Shown here: piece by piece, positions 11,301 through 20,712 of the stretch
Position numbering within the stretch: position 1 is the stretch's first letter
How the letters are laid out: the number at the start of each line of letters is the position of its first letter
IMG/VR virus record: IMGVR_UViG_3300031963_000146
Span: 1 to 62,533 of that record
Source of the DNA: a virus
Lineage: Duplodnaviria; Caudoviricetes
Strand: one strand, 5' to 3'
Length of the DNA stretch: 62,533 nucleotides
The notes under the pieces: generated by a model
What the model was told of the DNA's origin: nothing
The model's database searches: none
What the model saw: only the letters and a program-made list of their open reading frames with translations
Translations under genes and position numbers: made by a program

Positions 11301-11655
11301 TAGTGTAGGAGTTGGAGGACTCCATGCTAAAAATAAAAGTACTCATGATTGGTTAGTAAATTCTTTTGGATACACTAGAATAATCTTAGGTAAAAATTTA
11401 ACCCAACCAGAAGCTAAATCACTAATAAATTCAGTGAAATACAATATAGGAGATATCATTTCATATTGGGATCATAGTGATGATACCCAAGGAAAACAAA
11501 AATACGGACATATTCAAATGTATGTAGGAGGAGAAGGAAAACAATGGGTATCTGATTTTAGACATAATTCATTTGTTTATTCATCAAAAACAGGGTGTTG
11601 GGATGTTATTTATTTACAAGCACCTAATAAAAAAGAACCTAAAATTGTATCTTAA
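8302..11655 (+). CDS. Large baseplate hub protein with C-terminal CHAP/NlpC-like peptidoglycan hydrolase domain
   Basis: Hub-like N-terminus (PMPGI, LYLRIGYTMFIEWGW, LTIDGLSGI, VNHKI...WET); C-terminal CAAYV...GDII...YGHIQMY...WVSDF Cys/His motif. Confidence 0.75.
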   Translation: MANIIGEPLASYVYNQIKTRQKIHGSGTPNNPRTPEYISYLNSKTAWVKMASGVLVTKDRLLSETDSAGKSISYSGYEWDGLAKNFILFSGVSHLIDGKLTPRGTYEGANNIYDWDKGTYNINPFTTSNDVTGEFGLAPMPGIESVDVKCLNRGSTKNVSVKVKCYTPEQFKIIDLLYLRIGYTMFIEWGWAPYMEDSETLVHDYSTLIEQSENQGFLHHSYWKNKSYIDFSKRIEKVRAKHRGNYDGLLCKVTNFSWTFTQDGSYDIDIQLISLGDVVESLKTNITPSYKTSKDITTAYKLFNDDYSQEESQDSPPSPVNNIISAYFFLQKLITYQNGQDGNNKYWIERQIPIKVNGESLDLCSIFVKDPNSKLEPFSQIEYVEFDDDGGTDFTQWLKENYSNATRVTNLDTATSPGTYYTVNDESSITVKSIIDLNSLDTQNQQKSDIVYFNYNNQEDDEDKVNDEGFYIRFGHLLDFLKERVIPRIDGTSHPMGEAPILDIDSGQWSNKMYTFPYQVSLDPRVCIVHTKEKVNSKEYYTSLPVWKNEKKGYAYPMNIYLSFNKINDIISSNLDDKGNLALFDFLSSICTEINKALGGLNNLEPIIDEVTNTLKIIDGSYSPKFNKPEYALELFGYNSNNPVQANTTVSNFVRDFSIKTEITNDFATMATVGSTAGGYVKGTENTMFSKWNKGLIDRFKQELIPADKNSRKKEGETPEPNVMYVEEFWNKKYSAFGLTIPIDIPNDIWTGDQPSLLPEMIDRNISVVTEFYKYCQSEIQKKKEKYASPSNGFVPISLNLTIDGLSGIKIYNALNVVTRVLPSNYPNALKFIVKGVNHKISDNDWETTIETVVISQNEDNKKEILSYQEIYDIVKNIIGNGTRESAAQNNNSQNNSAPQNNNIPRNNLKSKNPSGYGDTVGACGTPEKYNISNIKYNDKVNPIQAKKLLDRILNKVVKDIEGGSHSICAAYVKRIAKKYFEYYNKPEVNISNIPSWKQSSVGVGGLHAKNKSTHDWLVNSFGYTRIILGKNLTQPEAKSLINSVKYNIGDIISYWDHSDDTQGKQKYGHIQMYVGGEGKQWVSDFRHNSFVYSSKTGCWDVIYLQAPNKKEPKIVS

Positions 11656-12293
11656 TGTATTTCCCAAAGTCCCAAATAAAAACTAATTTATATACTAATG
11701 GTGGAAAATATATCCTTTCAACCACACAAGAAGACTATAAAGGATATTATTATGAAACATCCAATGGAACAAGATATACAGGAAAAACTCCCCAAGATGG
11801 TCCTAATATACTTCTCATTCTTCCTACAAATGTTACAAATCCAACATTACCTCAATATTCTGACCCTATAATATATGCTTTAGAAGGAGATAAGAATGAA
11901 AACTCAAATCTTACCACTTTAGATAATAATGTTTATTTTGATCTAAAAAAACCAAAATTAACTTTTAGATCCCTTCCCCTTCCAAACCCTACCTTACCTA
12001 CTCAACAAGATCAAAACCTTGGAGTTTTTACAAGATATTTCTGTAAAAAAAACAATGAATTAAAATACATAGAAATAGACAAAACAACCTCAGAAAAATT
12101 AACTTCTAAATCAGACGATATCGCTTGGGATCTTTACACCCCTGTTTCAACACTTTGGTATATAAAAGGAGATAAAGAAAAAACATATAAAGCAAATAAA
12201 GGATTGATTTCCCTGATTGAACAACAAAAAAGTTGGTATGGATTTACACAATGGTTTAAAGATAAATTTTTAAAATATTATTTGGAGTCCTAA
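11655..12293 (+). CDS. Hypothetical protein (end of tail/baseplate operon)
   Basis: 212 aa ORF translationally coupled to the hub gene (TAATG overlap). Confidence 0.75.
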   Translation: MYFPKSQIKTNLYTNGGKYILSTTQEDYKGYYYETSNGTRYTGKTPQDGPNILLILPTNVTNPTLPQYSDPIIYALEGDKNENSNLTTLDNNVYFDLKKPKLTFRSLPLPNPTLPTQQDQNLGVFTRYFCKKNNELKYIEIDKTTSEKLTSKSDDIAWDLYTPVSTLWYIKGDKEKTYKANKGLISLIEQQKSWYGFTQWFKDKFLKYYLES

Positions 12294-12312
12294 AATATCT
12301 TTTGTATCTTTA
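12281..12312 (+). promoter_or_regulatory. Bacteroidota sigma-A-type promoter (representative copy)
   Basis: TTTGG-N19-TATCTTTA; the same geometry recurs at about 17 sites in the window. Confidence 0.75.
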
Positions 12313-12316
12313 AAGC

Positions 12317-13567
12317 ATGTATTGGCTAATAGAAGATCAACAAAAAATAGAAACCCTTTGCCGTATCAAACACCCAGTAGCTTATGTTGAAGTAATCCCA
12401 ACTTCTCATAACTTACATCCTGTTGAAAACGATATATGTGCCGTATATATTCGACCAAAAGATGATTCAAAAGGTTATATTATACCAATAAACCACAGTG
12501 AAACAATAAACTCAACAATAGAGGATTGTTTAAAAGTATTAAACAGTATAGAAAATATTTATGTAAGGGATAAAAAGGAATTTTTACATTATTTTTGCCT
12601 TAAACATTATTACCAACCCTCACCCTCCCCAAATACGTATATACCTCAATTAACAACAGCTCACACTCATATTTACAACAAATATCCAAACTCAACTAAT
12701 TTAAACACAATTGTTCCAATTGTAAAACATTATGAGGTATGTGAGCAAAATTTTGCTAATTTTAATAGTATAAGAATAAATCCATTTTACAACAAAGCAG
12801 CACTTGTGTTTAATCAATTAGAACGAGCGGGTATAAAAGTAGATCAAACCAAATTTGAACAGTACTATGATAGGGAAGTAAACGAGTTTATATACACGCA
12901 ATATAACCTAAACACATTAACAACAAGACCATCTAATACATTTAACAACCTAAATTTTTCAGCTTTAAACAAAGATAATGGAGAAAGAGAGTGCTTTATA
13001 CCACGCAACGATGTTTTTATTGAAATGGATATTTCTGCTTATCACCCTACCCTTCTTGCTAATTTACTACAGTATGATTTCGGTGATAACGATATTCATA
13101 TGGCTTTTGCTCAAATGTATGGAGTGGACTATGCCAAAGCAAAAGAAATAACATTCAAACAATTGTATGGGGGTATTTGGAAAGAATATAGAGATTTAGA
13201 GTTTTTTAAAAAAGTACAGGCATATGTAGATGATTTATGGGACACTTTCAATTATGGAGGATACATTGAGTGTCCTATTTCAAATCATAAATTTATAAAA
13301 AGTGAAATAGAGGAAATGAATCCACAAAAACTTTTAAATTACGTACTACAAAACTTGGAGACCGCAAATAATGTTCTTATATTGTGGGATATTTTTAAAA
13401 TTTTACGAGGGAAAAATACTAAACTCGTGTTATATGTTTACGATTCATTTTTATTTGATGTAGATGAAAATGAAACAGAAGTAATAGAGCAAATTTTAGA
13501 AACATTTAAAACTAAACAATTACAAGTTAAAATTAAAACAGGAAATAACTACAACAATTTAAAATAA
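12317..13567 (+). CDS. Minimal family A DNA polymerase-like protein
   Basis: TTRPS (TGRLS-like), motif A MDISAYHP, motif B AKEITFKQLYG, motif C YVYDSF; only 416 aa. Confidence 0.85.
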   Translation: MYWLIEDQQKIETLCRIKHPVAYVEVIPTSHNLHPVENDICAVYIRPKDDSKGYIIPINHSETINSTIEDCLKVLNSIENIYVRDKKEFLHYFCLKHYYQPSPSPNTYIPQLTTAHTHIYNKYPNSTNLNTIVPIVKHYEVCEQNFANFNSIRINPFYNKAALVFNQLERAGIKVDQTKFEQYYDREVNEFIYTQYNLNTLTTRPSNTFNNLNFSALNKDNGERECFIPRNDVFIEMDISAYHPTLLANLLQYDFGDNDIHMAFAQMYGVDYAKAKEITFKQLYGGIWKEYRDLEFFKKVQAYVDDLWDTFNYGGYIECPISNHKFIKSEIEEMNPQKLLNYVLQNLETANNVLILWDIFKILRGKNTKLVLYVYDSFLFDVDENETEVIEQILETFKTKQLQVKIKTGNNYNNLK

Positions 13568-13570
13568 GTT

Positions 13571-14032
13571 ATGCACACCACTCTCGAAACACCTTCATAT
13601 ATGTATAATCAGTATGACTTTGATGAAGTCTTAGATTTTACATTGATGAACAACAGACTATTTTGCACTTTTACAGCTTTAGATGATCTTGAACTACTAG
13701 TTCATGAACTATCTACTAGATATTCTATAATGTATAACAAAATGTTTGTTTTACATGTTAAAAGTAACAATGAATATGTTGTAACATATAATGTAGATCA
13801 AGGTAACATAAATAATATTCCTGATAATACAATTCTTGTACATAGAAAAAAAGAATCAAACACTTTATACACTATAAACGCATTAAACGAATTAATTAAA
13901 AGATTAAATAGTGGAGTAGTTGATACAAAATACCCAATAAATTGGCAACATTATAAAAATTGTATATTGTTAACTCAACATAATGAGATTAAGCAATTGA
14001 ATACAAAGATTTTTAAAATAGTTGAACTATAG
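13571..14032 (+). CDS. Hypothetical protein
   Basis: 153 aa ORF between the PolA-like gene and SSB; start uncertain (late motif at 13599 lies inside it). Confidence 0.75.
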   Translation: MHTTLETPSYMYNQYDFDEVLDFTLMNNRLFCTFTALDDLELLVHELSTRYSIMYNKMFVLHVKSNNEYVVTYNVDQGNINNIPDNTILVHRKKESNTLYTINALNELIKRLNSGVVDTKYPINWQHYKNCILLTQHNEIKQLNTKIFKIVEL

Positions 14033-14091
14033 TTTGGCTATTTAAATAAAGGTTATTATATTAAACGTTGTAAAATTATAAATTAAGTTAT

Positions 14092-14922
14092 ATGAATCTA
14101 GATGCAATCAAGAAAAAACTTGAATCAATGCAAAAAACCTCAACAGGAGGTTCAAACAATTCAAGCAATGTAAAGCGATTTAAGCCAAGCATTGGAAAAC
14201 AAACGGTTAGAGTTGTTCCGTTTAAATACAACAAAGAATTTCCATTCACGGAAATGAAATTTTACTACGGTATCGGAAGTAAAAAAGTAATTGCCTCTCC
14301 TTTAAACTGGGGTGAAAAAGATCCAATTGCAGAATTTGCAAAACAATTGCGTGGTACAAACGATAAGGAAAATTGGCGTTTAGCTAAAAAATTAGATCCT
14401 AAAACTCGTATCTATGCTCCTGTAATTGTACGTGGTGAAGAATCTGAAGGTGTTCAATTGTGGGAATTTGGTAAAGAAATTTACGAGGCATTTTTACAAA
14501 TGGCAGCTGACGAGGAAGTAGGAGACTTTTCAGACATCATGTCAGGTAGAGATATTAAATTAACTACAGTAGGACCAGAGGCTACAGGTACAAAGTATAA
14601 TAAAACTACTATTGCACCTTCAATGAAAACCTCTCCATTATCAAGTGATTCTAAATTGGTTGAAAAATTGTTAGAGGAACAAGAAAATCCACTTGATCTA
14701 TACAAACCACTTCCATTTGATACTATCAAACAAGCACTTCAAGAATGGTTAAATCCTGAAGAAGATGAAGAGGAAACAGTTGCTTCAGTTGAAAAAGAAC
14801 TAGAAGAAGTTGCCCCCGCAAAATCAAACTACAGTTTATCAACAAAACCAGCTGCTAAAAAATCTAAAGCAGATGCGTTTGATGATTTGTTTGATGACGA
14901 GGATGATGATTCTCCATTTTAA
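14092..14922 (+). CDS. Single-stranded DNA-binding protein (gp32-like)
   Basis: VRVVP, DPIAE, VIVRGEE..GVQLW.FGK, GRDI motifs and acidic tail DDEDDDSPF. Confidence 0.85.
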   Translation: MNLDAIKKKLESMQKTSTGGSNNSSNVKRFKPSIGKQTVRVVPFKYNKEFPFTEMKFYYGIGSKKVIASPLNWGEKDPIAEFAKQLRGTNDKENWRLAKKLDPKTRIYAPVIVRGEESEGVQLWEFGKEIYEAFLQMAADEEVGDFSDIMSGRDIKLTTVGPEATGTKYNKTTIAPSMKTSPLSSDSKLVEKLLEEQENPLDLYKPLPFDTIKQALQEWLNPEEDEEETVASVEKELEEVAPAKSNYSLSTKPAAKKSKADAFDDLFDDEDDDSPF

Positions 14923-14935
14923 TTAAAAACAATTT

Positions 14936-16018
14936 ATGGCAAAAAGAAAATCGCTAACAGAGGCGGCGGACAAAGAACTGAAAACCGCCTTTAGCTTAGA
15001 TAAATTTAAAGCAAATAAAGGTTTAGCGTCCAACGTTAAATTTAAGGAACAAAGATGGATTCCATTTTCACCAGCTTTGCAAGAAGCATTATCCATCCCC
15101 GGAATCCCTATGGGTCATAATGCTATGGTTCGAGGTAAAAGTAATACAGGAAAGTCTACTATGACTATTGAAATAGCAGTTAATGCTCAAAAAATGGGAG
15201 TATTACCTGTGTTAATTATTACCGAAATGAAACACGATTGGGAACACTGGAAAAAAATGGGTTTCCAAATCGAGGATGTAGTTGATACAGATACAGGTGA
15301 AATTGTAGATCAAACTGGTTTCTTTATCTATAGAGATAGAAGTACTCTAAATTCAATTGAAGATATTGCAGAGTTTATTATTGACTTACTGACCGAACAG
15401 AAAAAAGGCAATTTACCATATGATTTGTTATTCATTTGGGATTCGGTTGGTTCAATACCATGCCAAATGTCAATTGAGCAAGGCAAAAATAATCCGATGT
15501 GGAACGCAGGAGCCATTGCAACTCAATTCGGTAATTTCATTAACCAGCAGATTGTAATGTCTCGTAAGGAAAGTTCAAAATACACGAATACCTTGTTTAT
15601 TGTAAACAAAGTAGGTGTTGCCCCGGCTTTAACTCCAATGTCACAACCTAGAATGACAAACAAAGGTGGAGATACATTTTACTATGATGTTTCTTTATGT
15701 TTAACATTTGGTAATGTTACAAATGCAGGTACATCTAAAATCAATGCTGTAAAAGATAAGAAAAAAGTTGAATTTGCGTTGCGTACTAAAATCGCATGTG
15801 ATAAAAACCATATCAACGGTATTACAACAATGGGAACTATTATATCTACAGTACATGGGTTTATTAAAGATGACCCAAATGCGGTTAAAAAATATAAAGA
15901 TACACATTCGCATGAATGGGCTGATATTTTAGGACAAGGTAATTATGCAGTACAAGAAGATAATAGTGAATGGGACGAAAAAGCAGTAACTGCTGATTTA
16001 TTTGAAAACGAAGATTAA
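14936..16018 (+). CDS. uvsX: RecA/UvsX-like recombinase
   Basis: Walker A GKSNTGKST, Walker B FIWDSVGS, KGG motif. Confidence 0.88.
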   Translation: MAKRKSLTEAADKELKTAFSLDKFKANKGLASNVKFKEQRWIPFSPALQEALSIPGIPMGHNAMVRGKSNTGKSTMTIEIAVNAQKMGVLPVLIITEMKHDWEHWKKMGFQIEDVVDTDTGEIVDQTGFFIYRDRSTLNSIEDIAEFIIDLLTEQKKGNLPYDLLFIWDSVGSIPCQMSIEQGKNNPMWNAGAIATQFGNFINQQIVMSRKESSKYTNTLFIVNKVGVAPALTPMSQPRMTNKGGDTFYYDVSLCLTFGNVTNAGTSKINAVKDKKKVEFALRTKIACDKNHINGITTMGTIISTVHGFIKDDPNAVKKYKDTHSHEWADILGQGNYAVQEDNSEWDEKAVTADLFENED

Positions 16019-16021
16019 TAC

Positions 16022-17050
16022 ATGAAAAAAGACCTCTTAAACCTCCTAAATAACATACAAGAACAAGGAGAAGAATTGCCAACATCTGAAAGATACCTTT
16101 TAATAGATGGACTGAATTTATTTTTTAGAAATTTTAGTGCTATAAACGCTGTAAATTCAAACGGAGTCCATATAGGAGGTTTAGGGGGATTTTTTCGATC
16201 TTTAGGTGCTTTAATCCGTACAATACAACCAACCCAAGTTTATGTTGTATTTGATGGACCTGGCTCCTCAAACAACAGGAAAAACATAATCCCAGAATAT
16301 AAATCTGCTAGAAATGTAACTCGAGTTACAAAACATGAATTGTTTGATAATTTAGAAGAAGAAGATGATTCTAAAATCAACCAGATTATCCGAATCATAC
16401 AGTATCTACAAACATTACCTGTTAAAACAGTATCATTAAGTAGAGTAGAAGCAGATGACATTATAGCATATTTAAGCTCCACACTACCTACAAAACCAGA
16501 AGATAGAGTATTTATAGTATCAAGTGACAAAGATTACCTACAATTAGTTACTGAAAAAGTAATTGTGTATCGCCCAATTGAAAAAGAATACTATACAACA
16601 GATACAGTAAAAGAAAAATTTAATGTAAACCCACATAATTTTCTTTTATATAAACTACTAATGGGTGATAATTCAGATGGAATTACAGGAATAAAAGGGT
16701 TAGGTGCTAAAAAACTATTCAAATTATTCCCTGAACTTGCAACCCAAGATATATCGTTTGATGATTTACTAGACATTGCTGAAGCTAAACTAAAAGAACA
16801 TGTTGTATATGCAAGAGTATTACATGACATAGAAGACCTAGAAAATAAATACAGAGTAATGGATTTATCCAACCCAATGATGTCAGATAAAGACAAAGAG
16901 CATATAGATGAATTTGTAAAAAATACCCAATTAGAATTTCATCCGAATGAATTTGTTCAAATGTGTGAGGAAGATCAAATTGGAAATTTAATTAGAAATA
17001 CAGATTTTTGGGTTCGTGATATTTTTAAAGGGTTTTTGGGGAATAAATAA
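16022..17050 (+). CDS. 5'-3' exonuclease / flap endonuclease (T4 RNase H-like)
   Basis: LLIDG, VVFDG, YKSAR, EADD, SSDKD, GDNSDGITGIKGLG motifs. Confidence 0.93.
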   Translation: MKKDLLNLLNNIQEQGEELPTSERYLLIDGLNLFFRNFSAINAVNSNGVHIGGLGGFFRSLGALIRTIQPTQVYVVFDGPGSSNNRKNIIPEYKSARNVTRVTKHELFDNLEEEDDSKINQIIRIIQYLQTLPVKTVSLSRVEADDIIAYLSSTLPTKPEDRVFIVSSDKDYLQLVTEKVIVYRPIEKEYYTTDTVKEKFNVNPHNFLLYKLLMGDNSDGITGIKGLGAKKLFKLFPELATQDISFDDLLDIAEAKLKEHVVYARVLHDIEDLENKYRVMDLSNPMMSDKDKEHIDEFVKNTQLEFHPNEFVQMCEEDQIGNLIRNTDFWVRDIFKGFLGNK

Positions 17051-17063
17051 TATTTATATTAAA

Positions 17064-17588
17064 ATGTCGTCCTATAAAACACTACTTATACCTATTCTTA
17101 ATGAAATTCTTGTAAAAGAAATTGGAGAAGCAAATATCCAACCATTAGAATGGACTAGAGTATCCCCTTTTAAATATAAATTTTGGGTGGATATAAATGA
17201 TTATACTGAAATAGTAACAGTTGAGTTTGAACATATTAAAGATGATATAAGCAAGCAATTTTACTTTCCCCCAAAATATAGAAATTTAGATAAAGTATTT
17301 AATGTTGGATATGTTGTGTCTGGTTCTGAAGTGCAATTTGCTAAAACCGATTTAAAGACTTTACTTACTATTCTATCCACAATAGTAGACATTATAAAAT
17401 ACTTCATTAAAAATCATTCATTTATAGATGGTTTATATATTAGAGGAACAGAAAAAGAATTAGGTAGTGGAGACACCAGTAAAAAATCAAACTTATACAA
17501 AGCATTTATCCAAAAACAACTACAAAACATCCCAGAATTTAGTTCTGACTCTTATAAAGAAGGTTTTATTTTAGTAAAAAAGAAATAA
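17064..17588 (+). CDS. Hypothetical late protein
   Basis: ATG at 17064 follows the late motif at 17050; N-terminal ILNEILVKEI. Confidence 0.75.
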   Translation: MSSYKTLLIPILNEILVKEIGEANIQPLEWTRVSPFKYKFWVDINDYTEIVTVEFEHIKDDISKQFYFPPKYRNLDKVFNVGYVVSGSEVQFAKTDLKTLLTILSTIVDIIKYFIKNHSFIDGLYIRGTEKELGSGDTSKKSNLYKAFIQKQLQNIPEFSSDSYKEGFILVKKK

Positions 17589-17642
17589 AATCCATTGGAA
17601 AAACAATAAAAAGTTATTATATTTAAATAAAAGTTATAAAAT

Positions 17643-18995
17643 ATGACACTCGCCAATATAGACGAATACGGCCCGTCCTTTCAAATGAAAGTTATTTCAT
17701 CGCTACTCACACACAAAGAATTTTTACAAAACATAAACGATGTATTAAGTGATGAATATTTCTCAAACCCAGCACATAAATGGGTTATAAATGAAATTTT
17801 AAAGTATTACGACAAATACCATACAACTATTTCAATGGATATCTTAAAGGTTGAAATGAAAAAGTTGGAAAATGAAGTACTTAAAGTTTCTGTAAAGGAA
17901 CAATTACGTGAAGCTTATAAAGCAGATATAGATGATTTAGCTTATGTACAAGAAGAATTTTCTACATTTTGTAAAAACCAACAACTTAAAAAAGCACTAT
18001 TAAACAGTGTTGATTTACTTAAAGCAGGCGATTATGATTCAATTAAATATATGATTGAATCAGCTATGAAAGCAGGTCAAGACAAGAATATTGGACATGA
18101 ATATAAACGAGATGTTGAATCACGTTATAGAGAAGATCATAGAAAAATTGTTCCTACACCTTGGGTTGAAATAAATGAATTGATTCAAGGTGGTTTAGGT
18201 AATGGAGATTTAGGTTTAATATTTGGTAATCCTGGAGGAGGTAAATCATGGACATTAGTTGCTTTAGGTGGTTTTGCTGTTCAAATGGGTTACAATGTTA
18301 TACATTATACTTTAGAATTAAGTGAAGCTTATACCGGAAGAAGATATGATGCTTTCTTTACAGGCACACCAGTTGACCAGTTAGAAAAACATAAAGGAGA
18401 TGTTGAAAAATCAACCTCAAACCTACCAGGAGAGTTAATTATCCGTGAATTTCCTATGGGGAAAACAACAATTTCATCCATAGAATCACATATTCAAAAA
18501 GTAAAAGATCTAGGAATTGAACCGGATTTAATCATAATAGATTACATTGATCTTCTTTCCTCAAAACGAAAAAGAGGCGACCGTAAAGAAGAGATAGATG
18601 ATATTTATACGAGCACAAAGGGATTAGCACGCGAATTAAACATACCAATCTGGTCAGTTTCGCAAGTAAATCGCGCAGGTGCAAAAGATGATGTTATTGA
18701 AGGTGATAAAGCCGCGGGAAGTTATGATAAAATGATGATAACTGACCTTTCAATATCGTTATCTAGAAAGAAAGAAGATAAAGTTAACGGAACAGGAAGA
18801 CTTCATATTATGAAAAATCGTTATGGAATGGATGGACTTACTTTTCAAGTTGAAGTTGATACTTCAAATGGCCAAATTGCAATTGGAGACCATTATGATG
18901 AGGAAGCAGATTCTCCAAAGAAAATGAAAAACGAAGATTTTGAAGAACTAGATAGACAAATGTTAGCACATAAATTTTTTGAACTAAACACATAA
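17643..18995 (+). CDS. Replicative DNA helicase (DnaB/T4 gp41-like)
   Basis: GNPGGGKS, YTLEL, IIIDYIDLL, SQVNR, KNRYG motifs. Confidence 0.93.
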   Translation: MTLANIDEYGPSFQMKVISSLLTHKEFLQNINDVLSDEYFSNPAHKWVINEILKYYDKYHTTISMDILKVEMKKLENEVLKVSVKEQLREAYKADIDDLAYVQEEFSTFCKNQQLKKALLNSVDLLKAGDYDSIKYMIESAMKAGQDKNIGHEYKRDVESRYREDHRKIVPTPWVEINELIQGGLGNGDLGLIFGNPGGGKSWTLVALGGFAVQMGYNVIHYTLELSEAYTGRRYDAFFTGTPVDQLEKHKGDVEKSTSNLPGELIIREFPMGKTTISSIESHIQKVKDLGIEPDLIIIDYIDLLSSKRKRGDRKEEIDDIYTSTKGLARELNIPIWSVSQVNRAGAKDDVIEGDKAAGSYDKMMITDLSISLSRKKEDKVNGTGRLHIMKNRYGMDGLTFQVEVDTSNGQIAIGDHYDEEADSPKKMKNEDFEELDRQMLAHKFFELNT

Positions 18996-19056
18996 AACTT
19001 GCACATTGGCTAGCGACTTTAATATATTTTTACCATATTTATAATAAAATAATATT

Positions 19057-19752
19057 ATGAAATCGTGTATAAAATGTAAAAACATGTTTGAAGTTAATTC
19101 AAATAACTTTCACAAAAGAAAACTATCCAAAGATGGATTTGAAAGTATGTGTAAAAGTTGCAAAAAAGAGTATGATAGACAATATAAAACAATAAATAAA
19201 GAAAAAGTTTACACTCAATGTAGAGAATGGAACAAATCAAACAAAGAAAAACTAATAGAAGCAACCCAAAACTGGGCCAAAAATAACCCAGAACGACATA
19301 AAGAAATTAAAAAAAATTCATTTAGAAAATTTATATCAAACCCAGAAAATAAAAATAAAAGAAGGGAATATGATAGGAAATATGTTAAACAAAAAAGACA
19401 AAACAATATAGAATACAAAATAAAAGATTCGATAGGAAGTATGATAAACTATCATTTAAAAGAAAGAAAAAATAATTCTACCATTGAATATTTAGGTTGT
19501 TCTATTGAAGAATATATTGTATATTTAGAAAATATGTTTTTACAAGAAATGGATTGGAAAAATTATGGAGTTGTTTGGGAAATAGATCATAAAACACCAC
19601 TTTCAACCTTTGATTTAACCCAAGAAAAAAACATATATGAAGCATTTAACTATCAAAACACACAACCTTTGTTTAAAACAACAGAAATAGCAGAAAGTTT
19701 TGGATATGTAGATCAAATAGGAAACAGAAATAAAAGTAATAAATTAATATAA
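19057..19752 (+). CDS. Free-standing HNH-type (homing) endonuclease
   Basis: N-terminal CxxC...CxxC, Lys-rich helical linker, YLGC...W.NYG..WEIDH..P...FNY.NTQPL...N..K nuclease motif. Confidence 0.8.
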   Translation: MKSCIKCKNMFEVNSNNFHKRKLSKDGFESMCKSCKKEYDRQYKTINKEKVYTQCREWNKSNKEKLIEATQNWAKNNPERHKEIKKNSFRKFISNPENKNKRREYDRKYVKQKRQNNIEYKIKDSIGSMINYHLKERKNNSTIEYLGCSIEEYIVYLENMFLQEMDWKNYGVVWEIDHKTPLSTFDLTQEKNIYEAFNYQNTQPLFKTTEIAESFGYVDQIGNRNKSNKLI

Positions 19753-19758
19753 CAAAAT

Positions 19759-20712
19759 ATGGCAATAACTGAACTTCGTCCACATTATAAACCATTTGAA
19801 TACCAAACAGCCTTTGAGTTCTTTAAAGACCAACATAGGGGGCACTGGCTTGCTGATGAGGTACCATTATCCTCAGATTTAAATGATTGGAAATTGAAAC
19901 TTACCGAAAGTGAAAAAAACTTAATTGGTAATATTTTAAAATCATTTGCACAAACAGAAACGTATGTAAACGATTATTGGTCAACAAAAGTGGTTGATTG
20001 GTTTCCAAAACACGAAATCAAAGCTATGGCGTGTGCATTTGCTGATTTTGAATCAATTCATGCTGAAGCGTACGCTCGTTTAAATGAAGAACTTGGTTTA
20101 GATGATTTTGAGGCGTTTATGGAAGACGAGGAGGCAAAAGCTAAAATTGATCGTTTAGTTGAATTACCTGGAGATACATTACATGAAAAGGCACTTTCAT
20201 TAGCTATATTCTCAGCATTTACAGAAGGTGTAAATTTATTTTCTTCATTTGCTGTATTGATGTCTTTTCAATTACGTAATTTGATGAAGGGAACCGCTCA
20301 AGTAGTAGAATGGAGTGTTAGGGACGAATCTTTACATTCAAAAGCAGGATGTTGGTTATTTAGGACCTTACTAGAAGAATACCCTGAACTAGATACCCCT
20401 GAATTAACCCAAGCAATATATGAAGCATGTGATCTTTCAGTTAAACTTGAGTTTGATTTTATAGACAAAGCCTTTGAAATGGGTGATATTGAGGGACTTT
20501 CAGTGGAACAGTTGAAAAACTTTATAAAAGAACGAGCGAATCAAAAAATAACTGAATTAGGTTATAGTCCAATTTACAATGATATTGATCCTAACCTTTT
20601 AAAACAAATGGAATGGTTCGGACATTTAACAAGTGGTAAAAGTCATTCCGACTTCTTTAGCACTAGAGTAACAGATTATTCAAAATCCACAGCAGATTGG
20701 TCAGACCTATGA
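19759..20712 (+). CDS. nrdB: Ribonucleotide reductase class I beta subunit
   Basis: Ferritin-like ligands QTE, ESIHAEAY, TEG..LFSSF, RDESLH; C-terminal DFF..RVTDY. Confidence 0.95.
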   Translation: MAITELRPHYKPFEYQTAFEFFKDQHRGHWLADEVPLSSDLNDWKLKLTESEKNLIGNILKSFAQTETYVNDYWSTKVVDWFPKHEIKAMACAFADFESIHAEAYARLNEELGLDDFEAFMEDEEAKAKIDRLVELPGDTLHEKALSLAIFSAFTEGVNLFSSFAVLMSFQLRNLMKGTAQVVEWSVRDESLHSKAGCWLFRTLLEEYPELDTPELTQAIYEACDLSVKLEFDFIDKAFEMGDIEGLSVEQLKNFIKERANQKITELGYSPIYNDIDPNLLKQMEWFGHLTSGKSHSDFFSTRVTDYSKSTADWSDL

